Assembly: GCA_950097015.1 (NCBI GenBank)
Contig: CATNEN010000005.1
Span: 1,612,001-1,676,000 of the forward strand
Length of the DNA stretch: 64,000 nt
Direction: 5' to 3'
DNA from: Macrostomum hystrix
Taxonomy: Eukaryota > Animalia > Platyhelminthes
Shown: positions 58,901 to 64,000 of the stretch, one piece after another
Numbering within the stretch: position 1 is the stretch's first letter
How the letters are laid out: every line of letters starts with the position of its first letter
The notes under the pieces: model-generated
Seen by the model: only the letters and a program-made list of their open reading frames with translations
Told to the model about the DNA's origin: nothing
Database searches by the model: none
Program-made: the position numbers and the translations under genes

Positions 58901-59511
58901 GAGCCGATTCCTATGAGACCCTATTCCTATGAGGGCCGATTCCTATGAGAGCCGATTCCTATGAGAGCCGATTCCTATGAGAGCCGATTCCTATGAGACC
59001 CGATTCCTATGAGGGCCGATTCCTATGAGACCCGATTCCTATGAGAGCCGATTCCTCTGAGAGCCGATTCCTAGGAGAGCCGATTCCTATGAGACCCGAT
59101 TCCTATGAGGGCCGATTCCTATGAGAGCCGATTCCTATGAGAGCCGATTCCTATGAGAGCCGATTCCTAGGAGAGCCGATTCCTTTGAGGGGGACTCAAC
59201 CGGAATCTATAGAGCATCGCCAGGCCTTTCGAACGACACCAAAATCAGTTCCCGGGGACCTCGGGAACTGTCTCGAATCGGCCCGAGAAGGATGTAGGAA
59301 GCATTGACTTTATGGAAAGTCAAGGACATTGACTGATAACAAGTCAAACTCATGGAATTCTAAAAATAGCCACAACTTTCTGTCCCGACCATCTAGTGGT
59401 GCCGGACTGGCGCCTCTAGACTCAGGGCGTCAACCTCTAGTCGAGAAATGTCATTTCCAACATTGCCCGCCAATGACTGAAATTTCGACCTTGGCAAATT
59501 TTCTACTAAAT
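52978..59511 (-). repeat. Four ~320-bp partial copies of the 384-bp repeat inside the satellite (52978-53296, 56252-56574, 56933-57255, 59189-59511)
   Basis: Near-identical to each other, reverse-complementary to the left-arm unit, with the same junctions in every copy. Confidence 0.95.
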
Positions 59512-59869
59512 CTATGAGGGCCGATTCCTATGAGGGCCGATTCCTATGAGAGCCGATTCCTATGAGAGCCGATTCCTATGAGAGCCGATTCCTATGAGAC
59601 CCTATTCCTATGAGGGCCGATTCCTATGAGAGCCGATTCCTATGAGAGCCGATTCCTATGAGAGCCGATTCCTATGAGACCCGATTCCTATGAGGGCCGA
59701 TTCCTATGAGACCCGATTCCTATGAGAGCCGATTCTTATGAGAGCCGATTCCTAGGAGAGCCGATTCCTATGAGACCCGATTCCTATGAGGGCCGATTCC
59801 TATGAGAGCCGATTCCTATGAGAGCCGATTCCTATGAGAGCCGATTCCTAGGAGAGCCGATTCCTTTGA

Positions 59870-60569
59870 GGGGGACTCAACCGGAATCTATAGAGCATCG
59901 CCAGGCCTTTCGAACGACACCAAAATCAGTTCCCGGGGACCTCGGGAACTGTCTCGAATCGGCCCGAGAAGGATGTAGGAAGCATTGACTTTATGGAAAG
60001 TCAAGGACATTGACTGATAACAAGTCAAACTCATGGAATTCTAAAAATAGCCACAACTTTCTGTCCCGACCATCTAGTGGTGCCGGACTGGCGCCTCTAG
60101 ACTCAGGGCGTCAACCTCTAGTCGAGAAATGTCATTTCCAACATTGCCCGCCAATGACTGAAATTTCGACCTTGGCAAATTTTCTACTAAATATTGCTCT
60201 TTGACAAGTTAGGTAGCCGCTCAGAGCCCAAGTTGGCTCCCAAAAGAAAATCTCGGGGGACTCAACCGGAATCTATAGAGCATCGCCAGGCCTTTCGAAC
60301 GACACCAAAATCAGTTCCCGGGGACCTCGGGAACTGTCTCGAATCGGCCCGAGAAGGATGTAGGAAGCATTGACTTTATGAAAAGTCAAAGACATTGACG
60401 GATAACAAGTCAAACTCATGGAATTCTAAAAATAGCCACAACTTTCTGTCCCGACCATCTAGTGGTGCCGGACTGGCGCCTCTAGACTCGGGGCGTCAAC
60501 CTCTAGTCGAGAAATGTCATTTCCAACATTGAAATGCAAGAAGTCAAAGTTCTACTTTTAAGGTCGAAG
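59870..60569 (-). repeat. Tandem ~384-bp repeat in inverted orientation (right arm)
   Basis: A complete unit including the ~60 bp missing from the internal copies, then a partial unit and a 38-bp terminal motif. Confidence 0.9.
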
Positions 60570-60959
60570 GTGCCGTGTCGGCGGCAGCTGAATATGCCGA
60601 TGCAAAAAGTGCAAGTGCAATTGCAAAAAGTGCAAGTAGCTGCGTGTCTTGTGCTCGATAAAATATTGTTTTCAATTTTGTCGGTCGTGTTTTCGTGCAT
60701 TGAGGCGCAAATAAATATTCTCCCCTCCATTCTACCCCTTCTCCCCTCCATTTAGTACAAGCCAGTACAGGCACTGTGCGAGGCGCATACGCGGGTGCGA
60801 GTTCCGCAGTCTAGGGATCAAGTCAGCTGTACTTCATAAATGCACAGTTGCTCCAATGACCAAATCGCATGACCAAACTCACCGAATAGTTGCAATTTCA
60901 ATTACTTCCCTTAAATTGCAGTAATTTAAACAACTAAATTTAATCTACTAAACTATCTA

Positions 60960-61424
60960 ATTTAAACTAACCCGCTATCGCTCCCACACGCTTCGCTTCG
61001 CTCATAGCTCTTGCTTCGCTCATAGCTCTCGCTTCGCTCATTTAAACTAATCCGCTATCGCTCCCACACGCTTCGCTTCGCTCATAGCTCTTGCTTCGCT
61101 CATAGCTCTTGCTTCCCTCATAGCTCTCGCTTCGCTCATTTAAACTAATCCGCTATCGCTCCCACACGCTTCGCTTCGCTCATAGCTCTTGCTTCGCTCA
61201 TAGCTCTCGCTTCGCTCATAGCTCAAAGGCCTAAAGTTTTAATTGCCAAAGTTAAAAAGTCAAAAGTCAAAGTCAAAGTTTTTTTATAAACAAAATAGGT
61301 TTCGCGTCTGTGCGTCAAACTTTTTTAGAATAAACATAAAAATATAATTGCAAAATTATATACAATAAAGTCAAAGTCAAAGTTTTTTATAAACAAAATA
61401 GGTTTCGCGTTTGTGCGTCAAACT
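60960..61424. repeat. ~70-bp compound minisatellite (CGCTTCGCTCATAGCTC-rich, 3 copies) plus a ~60-bp direct repeat (61263-61322 and 61368-61424)
   Basis: Seen directly. Possibly the remains of an LTR or leader of the adjacent Gypsy fragment. Confidence 0.75.
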
Positions 61425-61664
61425 AATAAGCTGGAGAAGAAGGCCCCACGAAGGAAGGCTCCGTAAAAAAAGAAGGCGGCAAAGACAGAAATTGTGATGA
61501 CGACTAGCTTGAAAAGACTTGAAAACTCGCTAGCTCGTAGCTAACAGACTGCAAGATTAATGGCCTTGAGTAGCCTCTTAAACCGGTTGAGTAAAGTAGC
61601 ATTCACTGTTAGCGAATTAGCGAACTAATTCGCGAACTAAAATTAATTTGCTTAATTTTGCCTT

Positions 61665-62528
61665 TTGCTTTTCAATATGCAGGCCTCCCGACCTCCCCCT
61701 CGATTCACTCACAGACCTCAGCAAACCAACCCCCCATTGCGCAACATTCCCTCTCTGCTTAACACAGATTGGCGCATTGTTCACTCGCGTAAACACCCCA
61801 TGCGATCTGCACCCACGCGTCATGCACATGTAAATGCTCCTGCACCCCACGCGTCGGCACAGTTTGCTTCATCCCCCATTGCTCTTGCTAAGAATATGTT
61901 CGCCCCCATTGCTCATGAATTTGACATGCCTATGTCTGAGGAATTTACTCCCGAGATTGAACCTGCCGCTAAGTCCGTCACTAAGCCAAAGGCAGTCAAA
62001 TCGAAGTCCAAATCCAAATCGGAAGCCAAGCCTAAATCTCCTAGGCCAACTAAGGTTGAGCTTGTCACCCAGAAAAGCACTGAAGCTATTGTCATCGGCA
62101 GTATCGAAAAAGAAGATGTTCCTTTCCTTCTTGATACTGGAGCCCAGAATAATTTCCTAAGTAAATCTGTCTGGTCCAAAATCTTTAAACCCGAACAGAT
62201 TGAAATGACCGCAAAACGAGTGACCACCTTTGATGGCACATCCGTCCAACTAGAAGGAGAAGTGGTAGCCCCAGTAAAATTCGGAGACCTAGAGATAGAG
62301 ACAGAGTTCCTATTGTGTGGTCATGACTGTGACAATATCTTAGGCATGGAATTCTTTGTCGAGCATTGTGAAAGCATCCATTTATCTAAAGGCATGCTCA
62401 TTCTGAAGAAAGGCCCATGTATCCCAATGCAGTATACTCGACTCCCCATTAGAATCTGCAGAGTTTACACCCAGCGGCCTGTCACAATCCCCGCTAATTC
62501 CGCTCTGAGAATCCAGCTTGAGTCCTAA
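61665..62528 (+). pseudogene. Gypsy-type gag-tail/aspartic protease remnant
   Basis: FLLDTGAQNNFLS catalytic motif and ILGMEFF. Stop at 62528, with no RT downstream. Confidence 0.8.
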
Positions 62529-62585
62529 ACAGAAAACGTCGTCGATCCCTAATCAGAAAACGTCGATCCCTACCCTGTAAAAAAT

Positions 62586-62730
62586 TCGGCTGCTTCTTCG
62601 GCGGTTTTTTTGTGCGAAATAGGAGTGGAATCTACCAAAATCCCCCTATCTCGCAAGAGTTAAAAAAACCACACAGGAAGCTGCCGATATAACCGCAAAT
62701 TGTGCGGAAACCGCCGAAGAATCACCCGAA
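62586..62730. mobile_element. Small inverted-repeat (MITE-like) element
   Basis: TTCGGCTGCTTCTTCGGCGGTTT and AAACCGCCGAAGAATCACCCGAA form a 23-bp inverted pair with few mismatches. Confidence 0.5.
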
Positions 62731-63084
62731 CCAGTGGCCCATGGGACAACCAGAGAATTAGTGTGCTACGCACATAATAGTGCAATAAAAGAAACTTCTG
62801 AATTTTTTTGTTACAATTGGCATGGCAAACTATGCTTAGTAAATGCTGTTACCTCACAGACTGCCAGGGAGTTAAGCAACCGCAGCGTTTCAAATGAAAC
62901 TCCAAGTCTATTGTTTTTCGTCTTATTGTCGGACATTAGTAGCTACAGTTGACTTGAAGTTCCAGGCCGACTGAAAAAAGTTTAATATTTATACAAATTG
63001 GAATATTTTATTTACCGCAAGATATTACTAAATAACCTAGTTAGAGCCGAACTACGATTCCTGCCATGATTAAATGATTATGTC

Positions 63085-63278
63085 CATATTTTGTCTATGA
63101 TTGTCTATGGCTTTAGCTACGATTCCATGAGTGTCTATGACTTTAGCTACGATTCCATGAGTGTCTATGGCTTTAGCTACGATTCCATGAGTGTCTATGG
63201 CTTTAGCTACGATTCCATGAGTGTCTATGGCTTTAGCTACGATTCCATAGGAGTCCATGGCTTTAATAGGAGTCCATG
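63085..63278. repeat. 30-bp tandem repeat (GAGTGTCTATGGCTTTAGCTACGATTCCAT)n
   Basis: About 5 copies, seen directly. Confidence 0.92.
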
Positions 63279-63279
63279 G

Positions 63280-64000
63280 CTCATCTGTGACCTCGAGCTA
63301 CGCGATCCGCTCTACCGTCCGCCAAAGCGGCCACCGCGGCGCTACTACCGCGCTCTCAAAGACGCCGGAACGCACTGCCACTTCGCTAGCGCCTTCATCA
63401 CTGCGCTCGGCGGCAAGCGTGGAGGTGCCGAGTACGCGGATGTGAGCGCCGCAGTACGAGCCGCCGCGGAACAAGCGGTCCCGTTGATGCAACCGGCCCA
63501 GCGTGGGCAGCCGGTCTGGCAAGACGACCCCGCGATTCAGCAAGCGAGGGAAGATCTGGAAGAGCTCCGTCTGAGCAGGCGACCTACTCGCGAGGCGGAG
63601 GAGGCTCTGGCGTCTGTCTATCTGCAGCGGCAGCAAGCCGCAGTTGATGAAGTTGTCAGGGCCGTCTCTGCCGCTGGGCCCGACGCCAGAGGGCGCGTGG
63701 CCTGGTCCGCCATTAATGCTCTGACAGGGCGGAAGCGGCGCATCCAACTGAATCTGGCAGGCGACACTGCAGATGAGCGCAGAAACGAGCTACGCGAGTT
63801 CTTCGCCGCCATAGTCAACGCGCCGCCACCCCCGCTGCCCAACATCCTGACGCTGCCGCCAGAGACGCCGTTGCCGTCAGAGGACAGTTTTAACGTTGCA
63901 CCAGTCACCATGGCTGAAGTCTTAATGCTCGCCCAGAAGACGCCGGGCGGCAAGGCGCTGGGTCCGGACGAGGTGCCCATCGAGGCGCTGCGCATCCACT
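63280..64000 (+). mobile_element. RTE-like LINE ORF: end of APE, linker and start of RT; runs off the window
   Basis: My translation from 63280 is open to the end: LICDLEL...VW.DDP.I...AWSAINALTG...ELREFFAAIVN...FNVAPVTMAEV...KALGPDEVPIEAL. It is absent from the ORF track because there is no stop in the window. Confidence 0.85.

Larger units (their letters stand above)
37722..59869. repeat. ~22-kb satellite of 16-bp monomers (GAGAGCCGATTCCTAT) with 10-bp insertion variants and higher-order repeats
   Basis: Seen directly. Rare variants recur at fixed multi-kb spacings. Confidence 0.99.

Noticed and set aside
37722-60200. CRISPR-like repeat/spacer appearance of the satellite with its inserts
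   Set aside because: The 16-bp monomers are directly adjacent, the ~320-bp inserts are copies of each other rather than unique spacers, there are no cas genes, and the DNA is eukaryotic.
53093-60204. Repeated 62-69-aa ORF (MTDNKSNSW...) in the 320-bp inserts
   Set aside because: Short, its start differs between copies, no recognisable domain, and it recurs only because the DNA is repeated.

Overview
Eukaryotic (animal) genomic DNA with GT-AG introns and dense tandem repeats. The style suggests a free-living flatworm such as Macrostomum, but that is inference only. Host genes: an IFT52 exon, a two-exon OVCA2/FSH1 serine hydrolase, a divergent two-exon rhodopsin-like GPCR, an intronless secreted lysozyme-like + VWA protein with a likely GPI signal, a DEG/ENaC channel gene whose first coding exon is split by a LINE, and a two-exon PIM-family kinase. 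Mobile elements: a decayed mariner, MITEs, a 1.7-kb LTR element holding only integrase, a 4.1-kb Ingi-like LINE (2A peptide, APE, RT, RNase H, CCHC; 16-bp TSD; no in-frame AUG; partial HDV-like ribozyme fold), three RTE-like LINE pieces, an I-group LINE 3' fragment and a Gypsy protease remnant. About 37.7-59.9 kb is a 16-bp satellite with ~3-kb higher-order repeats. It lies between oppositely oriented arrays of a ~384-bp repeat, giving a ~25-kb foldback-like structure. Best leads: the lysozyme-like/VWA surface protein, the 2A-bearing LINE and its possible splice-out from the channel gene, the integrase-only LTR element, and the foldback/satellite composite. All comparisons were made by eye; no database searches were run.
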